From NCBI GenBank assembly GCA_947383095.1, contig CANDBZ010000002.1, positions 1-50,577 on the forward strand: a stretch of 50,577 bases of DNA, written 5' to 3'. The DNA is from an uncultured Clostridia bacterium. GTDB taxonomy: Bacteria; Bacillota; Clostridia; Christensenellales; CAG-917. The position numbers and the translations under genes were made by a program. Shown here in pieces: positions 36,843-50,566 of this stretch. The notes below the pieces were generated by a model, which was not told the origin of the DNA, did not search any database, and saw only the letters and a program-made list of their open reading frames with translations. Position 1 is the first letter of the stretch. Every line of letters begins with the position of its first letter.

Positions 36843-38210
36843 TTATCTGTTTAAAAGCATGTTTTTTATGTCTGCTACGGTTATCTTTATACGCGTGTTG
36901 GTTTTGATCTCATCGGTTATTTTATCGCGCGCATGGATAATAGTAGTATGATCTCTGCCGCCGAAAATCTCACCTATTTGAGCGAGAGGCATCGGGAGTA
37001 AATCCGTGATGAGATAAATTGCGATCATCCTCGGCTCCACAAGATTTTTTGTCTTTTTCTTTGAAAACAAATCATCCGTAGAGATTTTATAGAATTTGCA
37101 GACAGCGCCAATAATATCGCTTGCGTCGATCGCTCCGTCTTTATCCTCGATAAAATCGCTCAACGCTTCCGCGGCGAGCTCTCGCGTGTTTATGACATTG
37201 TTTGTAAGAGAACTGAAAAACACGATTTTGTTTAACAAACCTTCCATTTCTCGTATATTAGAAGTTGCGTTTTCCGCGATATAATCGGCAACCTCGTCCG
37301 ATAGCTGAAATTTTGCCTGCGCCGCTTTATTTTTCAAGATAGCGACTCTCGTTTCCATATCCGGCGGCTGTATGTCTACAGTCAATCCCCAGCTGAAGCG
37401 AGTGCGCAATCTATCCTCGAGTGTGGTCAGTTCTTTTGGAGAGCGGTCGGAGGTGATTATAATCTGTTTATTTGTTTGATATAAATCGTTGAATATATGG
37501 AAAAATGCTTCCTGCGTTGCGTCTTTTCCTATCAAAAATTGAATATCGTCGATCATAAGAACGTCGCAGGATCGATATTTTTCTCTGAATTTATTGTTTT
37601 CTTCGTTCGATTTTGTTCTTATGACCGAAATAAGCTCCGTGACAAGCGTTTCCGCGCTGACATAAAGAACGCTCAAATTACTTCTATCCTTGCAAATAAG
37701 ATTACCTATTGCGTGAAGCAAGTGGGTCTTGCCGAGTCCTACTCCCGAATATATAAACAGCGGATTGTATTTTTGACCCGGAGTGTCCGCGACCGTCTTG
37801 CATGCAGCCAAAGCATAGGCGTTGGACTTGCCCTCGATAAAAGTGTCGAACGTATATTTGTCGAGAAAGGGCGATTTTGTTTTTTGAGTGTCGGCCATCG
37901 GCCTTTTTTCAGATTGAGGAGAAACAAGAGAATCCGTCTGTTTGTTTATATATTCTTCCTTTTGAGAAGGGAGAATGACCAACACGTCCGTTATAGACGA
38001 ATTTAAAGACGAAACGACTTCTTTTATAATTTCCAGATATTTGTGATCGATAGTTCTTTTGGCGCTTGCTGCAACGGTAGATAAAACAATCGTGTTATCG
38101 ACAAAACAAACAGGCTCGAGTGCTTCTATCCAAACCTCGTAGTATATAGCCTGTATCGATTTTGAAAGCTCGTATTTGGCGTCCGACCAAAATTTTTCTA
38201 TGTTTATCAT
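36843..38210 (-). CDS. dnaA: chromosomal replication initiator protein DnaA
   Basis: Walker A GVGLGKTHLLHAIGN, DDIQFLIGKDATQEAFFHIFN and the C-terminal DNA-binding HTTIIHARDKI. I set the start at MINIEKFWSD. The 36-codon upstream extension looks like translated AT-rich spacer. Confidence 0.93.
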   Translation of the reverse strand: MINIEKFWSDAKYELSKSIQAIYYEVWIEALEPVCFVDNTIVLSTVAASAKRTIDHKYLEIIKEVVSSLNSSITDVLVILPSQKEEYINKQTDSLVSPQSEKRPMADTQKTKSPFLDKYTFDTFIEGKSNAYALAACKTVADTPGQKYNPLFIYSGVGLGKTHLLHAIGNLICKDRSNLSVLYVSAETLVTELISVIRTKSNEENNKFREKYRSCDVLMIDDIQFLIGKDATQEAFFHIFNDLYQTNKQIIITSDRSPKELTTLEDRLRTRFSWGLTVDIQPPDMETRVAILKNKAAQAKFQLSDEVADYIAENATSNIREMEGLLNKIVFFSSLTNNVINTRELAAEALSDFIEDKDGAIDASDIIGAVCKFYKISTDDLFSKKKTKNLVEPRMIAIYLITDLLPMPLAQIGEIFGGRDHTTIIHARDKITDEIKTNTRIKITVADIKNMLLNR

Positions 38211-38216
38211 AATTGA

Positions 38217-38244
38217 ATTATAGCAAAAACAAGGAATAAAACAA
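38217..38244 (-). promoter_or_regulatory. candidate dnaA promoter with its -10 box ending 6 nt before the ATG
   Basis: The minus strand reads TTGTTT, a 16-nt spacer, TATAAT, then tcaatt-ATG. There is no SD. Confidence 0.35.
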
Positions 38245-38317
38245 GCAAAAATCCGAAAATAAAAAACAAAAGCATTATGTTGAAAAAAAATCGAGGTTAA
38301 TATATACTTATTGTGCA

Positions 38318-39406
38318 ATGAAAATCATCTCGCTGGAGCTAAATAATTTCAGAAACTATAAGCACGCGTTTGCGGAGTTTGACGACGGGCTTAACGTTTT
38401 ATATGGAAAAAACGCAAGCGGAAAGACAAATATGATTGAAAGTATTTATTTATGCTCTATTTTTCACAGCCCGCGCACAACCAAAGATAAAGAGATGGTT
38501 TTGATCGGAGAAGCAAAGGCAAATATAAATCTTATTTTGCAAAAGAAATACAGAAAGCACAGTATAAATTTGCAAATAGACGAAAAAGGCAAAAAGAAAA
38601 TATTGGTTGACAATATTCCTCTTAACAGAGCCGGCGAATTGTTTGGAGTACTCGGCGTGGTTTATTTCTCACCCGACGAAATGAAGCTTGTAAAAGAGTC
38701 GCCGCAAGAAAGACGCAGATTTATGGACGTCGGGTTGAGTCAACAGCAGCGAAGCTATTTTTATGCGTTGCAGCGGTATAACAAAACGCTCAAGCAAAAA
38801 AACAATCTTTTAAAGGAATGGAGAAATAATAAAAATATAGATTCTATGCTCGACGTGTGGGATATGGGGCTCGCAAAGGAAGGCGCGGAGATAATTTTCA
38901 AAAGGATAGAATACGTCAAGGTGTTGAACGACGCGGCAAGCAAATTTCATACCGCGATGAGCGAAGCAAAAGAAGAGTTGAGATTGACGTATGAATGCGC
39001 CGCTGATATTTCTGATAAAAACGAGCTCAAGCAATCATTATATGAAGAGATAGTAAAAACGCGAGCAAAAGACAAGGAATTGGGATACTGCACGGTGGGT
39101 CCTCACAGAGACGATATAAAAATAGAGATAAACGGAAAGGACAGCAGAAAATTTGCTTCTCAAGGACAGCAGAGAACTATCGCGCTTGCACTTAAGCTCG
39201 GCGAAGTTATAATATACAAAAACGAAATAGGCGAACCGCCCGTACTTTTGCTTGACGACGTATTGAGCGAGCTCGATATGCAAAGACAAAAGCTTTTGCT
39301 TGAGATGACGGCAGGGTTTCAAACTATACTGACCTGTACAGAGTTTGATATGAATGAAAAAGCAAACAAAATACAAATAAGCGACGGCGCCGTTATTCCA
39401 GGATAA
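38318..39406 (+). CDS. recF: DNA replication and repair protein RecF
   Basis: MKIISLELNNFRNYKHA, Walker A GKNASGKTN, and the C-terminal signature and Walker B regions (SQGQQRT, LLLDDVLSELD). Confidence 0.93.
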   Translation: MKIISLELNNFRNYKHAFAEFDDGLNVLYGKNASGKTNMIESIYLCSIFHSPRTTKDKEMVLIGEAKANINLILQKKYRKHSINLQIDEKGKKKILVDNIPLNRAGELFGVLGVVYFSPDEMKLVKESPQERRRFMDVGLSQQQRSYFYALQRYNKTLKQKNNLLKEWRNNKNIDSMLDVWDMGLAKEGAEIIFKRIEYVKVLNDAASKFHTAMSEAKEELRLTYECAADISDKNELKQSLYEEIVKTRAKDKELGYCTVGPHRDDIKIEINGKDSRKFASQGQQRTIALALKLGEVIIYKNEIGEPPVLLLDDVLSELDMQRQKLLLEMTAGFQTILTCTEFDMNEKANKIQISDGAVIPG

Positions 39407-39461
39407 TTGCTTAAACACAGCTTTAAGTATGTAAAATGATAATATAAAAGGCTTAATTAAA

Positions 39462-39485
39462 AAACCGCTCTTTTGAGCGGTTTAA
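39462..39485. terminator. bidirectional terminator between recF and parB
   Basis: aaaccgctc-tttt-gagcggttt. Confidence 0.75.
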
Positions 39486-39487
39486 AT

Positions 39488-40402
39488 TTAGTCTTTCTTT
39501 TCTTTGTTTGAAATCTGAAGCAATTGCATTATCGCATGTATGCGCTCGAGGTCGTCGTCTGTGAAATAATCAATCACGATTCTTCCCTTCGAGCCTTTTC
39601 TTATCAACGTGACCTTTGTGGAAAACAGTCGTTTCATATCGTTGACGAAATTTTTATATTCGAGAGGCAGCTGTTCTTTTTGTTTGCGTTTTGCGCCTGC
39701 CTGGCGTGAAGGACTTGCAAAATAGTTTTGCACCATTCTTTCCAGATCGCGTACGGATATATCTTGCGCGCACGCAGTCTTTGCCATCTCGATAAGCTTT
39801 TCTTTGTTGTCGACCGTGAGTATGGTGCGGGCGTGTCCCGGAGAAAGCTTGCCCGATTGAACCATTTCTTTGACTTCGTCGGGAAGCTGCAACAGGCGGA
39901 GAGTATTTGTGACGTACGGACGGGATTTGCCTATGCGTTGAGCCACCTCCTCCTGTGTGAGATTGTGGTTTTCCATCAGCTCGCGAATACCCTCCGCGGC
40001 TTCGATAGCGTTTAGGTTTTCGCGATGAAGGTTTTCAATAAGGGATATTTCCTGTATCTGTTGAGGGGTGAGCTCGCGCACGATGGCGGGGATTTTTTTA
40101 AGACCGGCAAGCAGGCTTGCCCTGAAGCGGCGCTCGCCTGCGATGATAAGATATCTGCCGCCTTCGCTCTTGACAAGCAGAATGGGTTGCAAAACTCCGT
40201 ACATGGAAATGGAAGTCGCCATTGACTTAAGGCTTTCTTCGTCAAAGGTTTTTCTCGGCTGATTGGGATTGCGGTCGATAAGCTGTATGTCGATTTCCTG
40301 CGTAGGGACGTCGTCGGCAATATCCACCCTGATGTTTTCCGTATTATCTCTGAATAGAGCGCTCATGCCTCTCTGTCCGAGGCCGCCTTTAGTATTTGCC
40401 AT
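39488..40402 (-). CDS. parB: ParB/Spo0J chromosome partitioning protein
   Basis: NPNQPRKTFDEESL, the GERRFRA box and an HTH region. Confidence 0.93.
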   Translation of the reverse strand: MANTKGGLGQRGMSALFRDNTENIRVDIADDVPTQEIDIQLIDRNPNQPRKTFDEESLKSMATSISMYGVLQPILLVKSEGGRYLIIAGERRFRASLLAGLKKIPAIVRELTPQQIQEISLIENLHRENLNAIEAAEGIRELMENHNLTQEEVAQRIGKSRPYVTNTLRLLQLPDEVKEMVQSGKLSPGHARTILTVDNKEKLIEMAKTACAQDISVRDLERMVQNYFASPSRQAGAKRKQKEQLPLEYKNFVNDMKRLFSTKVTLIRKGSKGRIVIDYFTDDDLERIHAIMQLLQISNKEKKD

Positions 40403-40410
40403 GTTTCACC

Positions 40411-41178
40411 TCACAGTCCTTTTGAACAAAATTCGTCTGCCAACGCGGAGTATGCAGTAGCTCCCGCGCATTTTTTATCGTACAATGCCACCGGTTTGCC
40501 GTAGCTCGGCGCTTCCGCAAGTCTTATATTTCTCGGTATTTTTGTTTGGAATACCTTGTCGCCGAACACGTTTAATACCTCTTCCAACACGCCCTTTGCA
40601 AGCTTCGATCTGCTGTCGAACATTGTGAGAACTACGCCGAATATCTCAAGGTCTTTGTTGAGAAACTTTTTTACGAGCTTTATGGTGTTGAGCATCTGAC
40701 TCAAGCCCTCGAGCGCGTAAAACTCGCTTTGTATGGGAACGATCACTCCGTGAGAAGCCGTGAGAGCGTTGACCGTGAGCAGTCCCAGAGACGGAGGGCA
40801 GTCGATAAATATATAATCGTATTCGTTTTCAATTTCCGCAAGCTTGCCCTGCAAAACGCTTTCTCTGCCGATCACGATCTGCGATAGCTCGAGCTCCGCT
40901 CCCGCGAGATCGCAGGATGACGGGATATAAAACAGATTTTTGATTTCCGCCTCGCGCACGGCTTCTTTTGTGGGGAGATCGTCGCAAAGAACCTCATATA
41001 CGGATTTCTCCACTGTCTTTTGAAATTCGCCGAGCGCGCTCGACGCGTTGCATTGCGCGTCGAAATCCACGACGAGAACGCGCTTTCCGTTTAGCGCCAA
41101 AGCAGCCGCGAGATTTACGCAAGTCGTAGTTTTGCCTACGCCGCCTTTTTGATTTGAAAAAGAAATAATGCGTGCCAT
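40411..41178 (-). CDS. parA: ParA/Soj chromosome partitioning ATPase
   Basis: Deviant Walker A NQKGGVGKTTT. 255 aa. Confidence 0.93.
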   Translation of the reverse strand: MARIISFSNQKGGVGKTTTCVNLAAALALNGKRVLVVDFDAQCNASSALGEFQKTVEKSVYEVLCDDLPTKEAVREAEIKNLFYIPSSCDLAGAELELSQIVIGRESVLQGKLAEIENEYDYIFIDCPPSLGLLTVNALTASHGVIVPIQSEFYALEGLSQMLNTIKLVKKFLNKDLEIFGVVLTMFDSRSKLAKGVLEEVLNVFGDKVFQTKIPRNIRLAEAPSYGKPVALYDKKCAGATAYSALADEFCSKGL

Positions 41179-41246
41179 ACGACGAGTTTATCACACTCCC
41201 GATTTTTTTTCAACAAGGTAATTTATAATTTATAAGCAAATAACGG

Positions 41247-41939
41247 TTATAACGGCTTTTTCTTTATTACGCCGTATTGGCGCGGGTATTGAGGCGGAGT
41301 GACGGCGACTTTTTCAAATACGATTATCGCGCGTCTGTCTCCGCCGGGCAGAGCGCAAAGCTTTGTGTTTTTATGTATCGCGCCCAAAGTCTTCATTGCG
41401 GAGGTCGTGCCCGCCAATTCGCTTTCGTCCGTTTTATATGCTACAAACACCCCGCCTGTTTTCAAAAGCGGCATGCTCAATTCAAGCAGGACGGGCAGCG
41501 AGGATACGGCTCTTGCGGTAACCGCGTCGAATTTTCCGAACAGCTTTTTTTGCTCCTCCGCTCTGCCTGATATTGCGGTTAGATTTGAAATATCAAGCAT
41601 ATTTGCGGAGCTTTGTACAAAATTTATTTTTTTTGCCGTGGAGTCAAGCGCCGTCACGGATATATCCTTGCGAGCGATAGCAAGCGGAACGGCGGGAAAG
41701 CCTGCGCCCGAGCCTATATCGCAGACGTTTGCGCCGCGCGGGATTTCGCTTGCGCCTATAAGAGAATCAACGATGTGCTTCACGATAAAATCGTTTACGT
41801 CTGTGATCGCCGTGAGGTTGAAGCTTTTGTTTGCTTCCAACACCAAATCGACGTAGCGTAAAAGAGCGCTACGCATTGTTTCGTCTAGAGGTACGTTTAT
41901 TTGGTTTGAATAAATCAAAAGCGCGTCTGACGGGTACAT
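41247..41939 (-). CDS. rsmG: 16S rRNA (guanine527-N7)-methyltransferase
   Basis: SFNLTAI...KHIVDSL and the SAM motif DIGSGAGFPAVPLAI. Confidence 0.9.
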   Translation of the reverse strand: MYPSDALLIYSNQINVPLDETMRSALLRYVDLVLEANKSFNLTAITDVNDFIVKHIVDSLIGASEIPRGANVCDIGSGAGFPAVPLAIARKDISVTALDSTAKKINFVQSSANMLDISNLTAISGRAEEQKKLFGKFDAVTARAVSSLPVLLELSMPLLKTGGVFVAYKTDESELAGTTSAMKTLGAIHKNTKLCALPGGDRRAIIVFEKVAVTPPQYPRQYGVIKKKPL

Positions 41940-42038
41940 ACTTAAATTTTAACAGTTATCGGAATATAAAGCAAGCATATTGAATTTTCAGGATAACGGT
42001 GATATCATTAAAACAACAAGCCGAAAAGGAGAATGAAG

Positions 42039-42764
42039 ATGAGGATAGGTATTATTACCGCGCTTGCGGAAGAAATGATGCCGATATACGGCAAGCTTGG
42101 CAACGTTGCCGCAGAGACCGTGATACACGGCGTGCGCATAAGACATATAAAGCTCGGCGCGGACAGCATATATCTCGCAACGGGCGGCGTCGGCGAGGTC
42201 AACGCGGCGCTCACACTGCAAATGCTTGTTGACATGTTCGATATAGAGGTTGCGCTCAATTTCGGATTTGTAGGGACGCTCAATCCGGCTATAGGTATAG
42301 GCGAGCTTGTGATTGCCGACAGAGTTTGCCATTATCAATTCGACACTTCGCAGATAGACGGGACGAAGCCCGGACAGTATCTTGACAACGACGATATCTA
42401 TTTTTATCTTGACGGATCGCTTGTCGAAAAAACGCTCGCCGCAATCGGCAAGCCCATAAAAAGAGTCGCCGTCGCGAGCGGAGACGTGTTTGTAGCGGAC
42501 GGCGCGACAAAGCGCAGATTGGCGGATGAGTTCGGATGCGACATATGCGAAATGGAGTTGGCCGGGCTGGCTATAGCGTGCAACAGAAACGGGATCCCGT
42601 TGCTTTCTGTAAAAGCCGTATCCGACAGAGCCGACGACGGCGCGCCCGTAAGCTTTGACGAGGCGTTGGCAAAAGGGCTTTCGAGATATGACGAAATACT
42701 GCCGGCGGTGATTGCCGCCGTTACGGGAAAGACGTCGCCGTTGCCGCCCGTAAAGAATAGATAG
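42039..42764 (+). CDS. mtnN: 5'-methylthioadenosine/S-adenosylhomocysteine nucleosidase
   Basis: MRIGIITALAEEM and EMELAGLA...KAVSDRAD motifs. I chose the second ATG for its SD spacing (AAGGAG 7 nt upstream). Confidence 0.85.
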   Translation: MRIGIITALAEEMMPIYGKLGNVAAETVIHGVRIRHIKLGADSIYLATGGVGEVNAALTLQMLVDMFDIEVALNFGFVGTLNPAIGIGELVIADRVCHYQFDTSQIDGTKPGQYLDNDDIYFYLDGSLVEKTLAAIGKPIKRVAVASGDVFVADGATKRRLADEFGCDICEMELAGLAIACNRNGIPLLSVKAVSDRADDGAPVSFDEALAKGLSRYDEILPAVIAAVTGKTSPLPPVKNR

Positions 42765-42817
42765 CCGCAAAAACGATAGTTAAAATACCGGTTTTGTCTA
42801 TTTAAACAGGTAAATGA

Positions 42818-42852
42818 GAAAACGGCGGGCTGTCAGCCCGCCGTTTGATTTT
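42818..42852. terminator. bidirectional terminator between mtnN and gyrA
   Basis: aacggcgggc-tgtca-gcccgccgtt followed by tgatttt. Confidence 0.75.
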
Positions 42853-42866
42853 GCGTGAATATAGGT

Positions 42867-45422
<2,556 letters not shown>

Positions 45423-45437
45423 GATCTCCTCCCAATA

Positions 45438-47372
<1,935 letters not shown>

Positions 47373-48241
47373 TTATATAAATTATATATACAATAATATA
47401 GTTTAAATAATTATATCAGTATAATATATAAAAAGCAAGCTCTTTTAAAAAACAAATTAAATGGTTAACTTGTGAATTAAAATAACACATTTAAATGCAT
47501 TGAAAATATTCAAACATAAGCTGAATAACAATTATAAATGTCGTCAATTTTTTATCGAAATTTTAAAACGTACAAATTTTAAAAATATAAAATAAATATT
47601 AAAGCCTGGTTATCGCGTGCAACCGAAGCCGTCAAATTATATGGTATACTATTTATAAAGAAGCGGTCTTCAGTGATATTTTTATTATGAGAGCTGCGTG
47701 CAAGTAAACTGAAGCTCAATTAAAACAAACAATTAAAACGAGTCGGTGTGCAAAATTTATTACATCATTTGTTATAATCCTACTATGTTTTATAATGCTG
47801 CGCAAATTTATCACCGTAATGATGCAATTAATGTTAAGCAATTTATCGCTATAGCAATGCAATATAATATTGAGTTGCGACGCATTTGGTTTTATGGCCT
47901 TTGAATTTCAGCCGTATTAAATATGTAATAATGCGTATAAGAAATACAAACAATATTAAATAAATCGTAGGCGAATGCGTTAATATTGTATGATGATTTT
48001 TACGCTATTTACCATGCCGTAACTTGCGAGCATTCATTACGCGATTAATAGCGTAATCCCGTTTCGTATATACAAAGCGGCGTCGGAGAGGCATTTTTCT
48101 GTATAACGGTTTTATGTTCGGGAAGTCTGTAGATATTAAAAATGCACGGCATGCTAACGTCGCAATCAACCGATTTGCACAATAAACTTTAAATGTGCTT
48201 GAATGATAGAGACGGCGACGCTATGGTGAGTCTGGTTATAT

Positions 48242-48257
48242 TGTTTCCCGTGAAACA
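48242..48257. promoter_or_regulatory. parS site, 15/16 (TGTTTCCCGTGAAACA)
   Basis: One mismatch to the Firmicutes parS consensus TGTTNCACGTGAAACA. Confidence 0.75.
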
Positions 48258-48388
48258 TTTTTTTATTAGCGTAGATGATTTAAATACATAATTAACACAA
48301 ATAATGCCTGTGAATGTCGGAATGGTCGACGTGCGAGATTCTTTAAATAAGCAATGAGAAAACCATCGTATTTGCGCGCGTTTATATA

Positions 48389-48404
48389 TGTTCCACGTGA
48401 AACA
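48389..48404. promoter_or_regulatory. parS site, perfect (TGTTCCACGTGAAACA)
   Basis: Exact 16-nt match to the B. subtilis-type parS consensus. Confidence 0.9.
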
Positions 48405-48420
48405 TTTTTAGCTTGGCAAA

Positions 48421-48436
48421 AGTTTCTCGTGAAACC
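48421..48436. promoter_or_regulatory. degenerate parS-like site (AGTTTCTCGTGAAACC)
   Basis: 13/16 to the consensus, 17 nt downstream of the perfect site. Confidence 0.5.
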
Positions 48437-48712
48437 ATTGGGCGATTTTACCTACTAAATAGTAGCATTTTTATACTAAACAGAGGCGCTGTGATAAAAT
48501 TTTGCGTTTCTCCGTTATTGGCATTTTAGCAAAATTTAGCATTTTGCTCCCAAATTTTTTTATAACGAATGTTTTGCAAGAAATCGCATGATTTTTTATT
48601 GGTTTCACACAGCTAACGATTGTTTGATTTGCGTCATATTGAGTATAAATCTGCATTCAAAAGCTAAAGCGTCTTTAATTATAGAAATTAAGTTTACAAG
48701 TAAACCTATTTG

Positions 48713-48743
48713 GCCGAATAATAGCATTTTGCTATTATTCGGC
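48713..48743. repeat. perfect 13-bp inverted repeat with a 5-nt loop (gccgaataatagc-atttt-gctattattcggc)
   Basis: Direct read. It is followed on the plus strand by ggcgtttt, so it could be a weak terminator or a protein-binding palindrome. Confidence 0.6.
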
Positions 48744-48865
48744 GGCGTTTTGAACATGTTAGACCGCAGAAAATTGAATTTATGCTTGAAATTGAAGGTT
48801 TAAACTGATATATTTTATATAACTACTATATGTGCGCTGTGCGGGCGCATTGAGGGAGGAGGTTT

Positions 48866-50566
48866 ATGGAAGAGAGAAAATGGTTTAAGGAGATGTCGGT
48901 ATATCAAATCTGGCCGCGTTCGTTTTGCGACGGTAACAATGACGGAATAGGCGATTTGAAGGGCGTGCTGACAAAGCTCGAATATATTAAAAGCGTCGGC
49001 GTTGACGCAATATGGTTTTCGCCGCTGTACGTATCTCCGCAGGCGGACTATGGATATGACATCGCCGATTATTGCGATATAAATCCCGAGTACGGTACCT
49101 TGGACGATTTCAAGGAGGTGCTTGAAAAGGCGCACTCTTTGGGATTGAAGGTGATAATGGATCTGGTGATAAACCATACGTCCGACCAACACGAGTGGTT
49201 TAAAAAGAGCGTCAAGCGCGAAGCGCCGTATACTGATTTTTATATATGGAGCAAGGGCAAAGGTAAGAACGGCAAAAAGGCCCCCAATAATTGGATGTCC
49301 ACCTTCCCCGGTTCCGCATGGGAATATAACGAGGAGAGAGGCGAGTTTTATCTGCACCTTTACGCCAAGGAGCAGCCCGACCTCAATCACGACAATCCCG
49401 CTGTCAGAGAGGCTATCAAGAGCGTCATGCGTTTTTGGCTGGATATGGGCGTAGACGGCTTCAGAGAGGACGTTATAACGCAGATAAGCAAGGCGGAGGG
49501 GCTGCCCAACGGCAATCCGATAATGCCTGCGTCGAGAGGCTTGGAACATTATAATTGCGGTCCGCATATCCACGAGTATTTGAGCGAATATCGCGAGGTA
49601 TTGAAGGATTACGACGCGTTTCAGGTGGGCGAGGCTCCGTTTATGACGCCTAAAAAGGCGCTTACCTTCGTCAACGAAAACAAAAAAGAGCTCGATATGA
49701 TGATATCCTTCCAACATATGGAGGCGGATTGCATCATGATAGAGTGGGTGCATCTGCCCTTTAATCTTGTCAAGCTCAAAAAGATCTACGACAAGTGGCA
49801 GACGATGCTTTTCGGCAGAGCGTGGAACGTGAATTATCTCGAAAACCACGACCATGCAAGGATAATCACGCGTTACGGCAGCGAAAAATACCGCGTGGAA
49901 AGCGGCAAATGTCTTGCCTTGATGTATACGTTCTTAAGCGGCACACAGTTTGTCTATCAAGGGCAGGAGATAGGCATGACCTCGCTGCATTACGACAAGT
50001 ATCCCAAGGGCAGCGACCCGTGGACGCAGTTCAAGGACGTGTCCACCTTCTGCGTGAGAGACCTCATGAAGAAATTCGGTTTCAGCGAAAAGCATATCCT
50101 CAAGGTCGCGCCGCATGCGGCAAGGGACAACGCGCGCACGCCCGTGCAGTGGTCGGCGCAGAAGAACGCGGGCTTCAGCGATGTCGAGCCGTGGTTTACC
50201 GTCAATCCCAACTATAAGGAAGTCAACGTGGAAGCGGCGGAAAACGACCCCAAATCCCTGCTCAATTTTTATCGCAAGCTGCTTGCGCTACGCAAGGAAT
50301 ATAAGGAAGCGGCGATTTACGGCGAATTTGTCATACATCGCAAGAGAGACAAACATCTGTTTGTATACGACAAGATCGCAAAGGACGGCGCAAAGCTCAC
50401 GGTCATTCTCAATGTCAGCGACAAGCCCGTGCCCTGCAAGCGCGTCAAGAAGTACATCGATAAAAACGCGAAGGAGATCGCTTCCGTGTACGACGGCAGC
50501 TTTGCGGAGCTTATGAGACCTTATGCGGGCAAGGTGTTTTACACAGATCGGAAGAGCGTCGTGTAG
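48866..50566 (+). CDS. GH13 alpha-glucosidase / oligo-1,6-glucosidase family. The 3' end is not trustworthy because the last 22 nt and the stop codon lie in adapter sequence.
   Basis: WWKEAVVYQIYPRSF-type N-terminus (here WFKEMSVYQIWPRSF), DLVINHTSDQHEWF, GVDGFREDV, the FVNENKKELDMM/ISFQHME region and YLENHDHAR. GGGAGGAGG SD. Confidence 0.9.
   Translation: MEERKWFKEMSVYQIWPRSFCDGNNDGIGDLKGVLTKLEYIKSVGVDAIWFSPLYVSPQADYGYDIADYCDINPEYGTLDDFKEVLEKAHSLGLKVIMDLVINHTSDQHEWFKKSVKREAPYTDFYIWSKGKGKNGKKAPNNWMSTFPGSAWEYNEERGEFYLHLYAKEQPDLNHDNPAVREAIKSVMRFWLDMGVDGFREDVITQISKAEGLPNGNPIMPASRGLEHYNCGPHIHEYLSEYREVLKDYDAFQVGEAPFMTPKKALTFVNENKKELDMMISFQHMEADCIMIEWVHLPFNLVKLKKIYDKWQTMLFGRAWNVNYLENHDHARIITRYGSEKYRVESGKCLALMYTFLSGTQFVYQGQEIGMTSLHYDKYPKGSDPWTQFKDVSTFCVRDLMKKFGFSEKHILKVAPHAARDNARTPVQWSAQKNAGFSDVEPWFTVNPNYKEVNVEAAENDPKSLLNFYRKLLALRKEYKEAAIYGEFVIHRKRDKHLFVYDKIAKDGAKLTVILNVSDKPVPCKRVKKYIDKNAKEIASVYDGSFAELMRPYAGKVFYTDRKSVV

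Noticed and set aside
38211-38318. 36-codon N-terminal extension of dnaA (MHNKYILTSIFFQHNAFVFYFRIFACFIPCFCYNSI), and the 22-codon extension of dnaN at 35642-35707
   Set aside because: The extensions are translations of AT-rich spacer, unlike DnaA or DnaN N-termini. The dnaA extension would abut the recF start codon. The conserved N-termini begin at the internal Mets.
40393-40408. parS-like half-site TGTTTCAC at the 5' end of parB
   Set aside because: Only the first 8 nt match, and the second half (CTCACAGT) does not complete the palindrome.
41988-42770. 260-aa minus-strand ORF
   Set aside because: It is antisense to mtnN and its product is Arg-rich and nonsense-like. The mtnN frame carries the conserved nucleosidase motifs.
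48242-48743. Recurring short motifs as a possible CRISPR array
   Set aside because: The repeats are 9-16 nt, irregularly spaced and of different types (parS and TAGCATTTT words). No regular repeat-spacer periodicity or cas genes are present.
48815-49855. 346-aa minus-strand ORF
   Set aside because: It is antisense to the GH13 alpha-glucosidase, whose motifs are clear. It has no SD and no recognisable motif.
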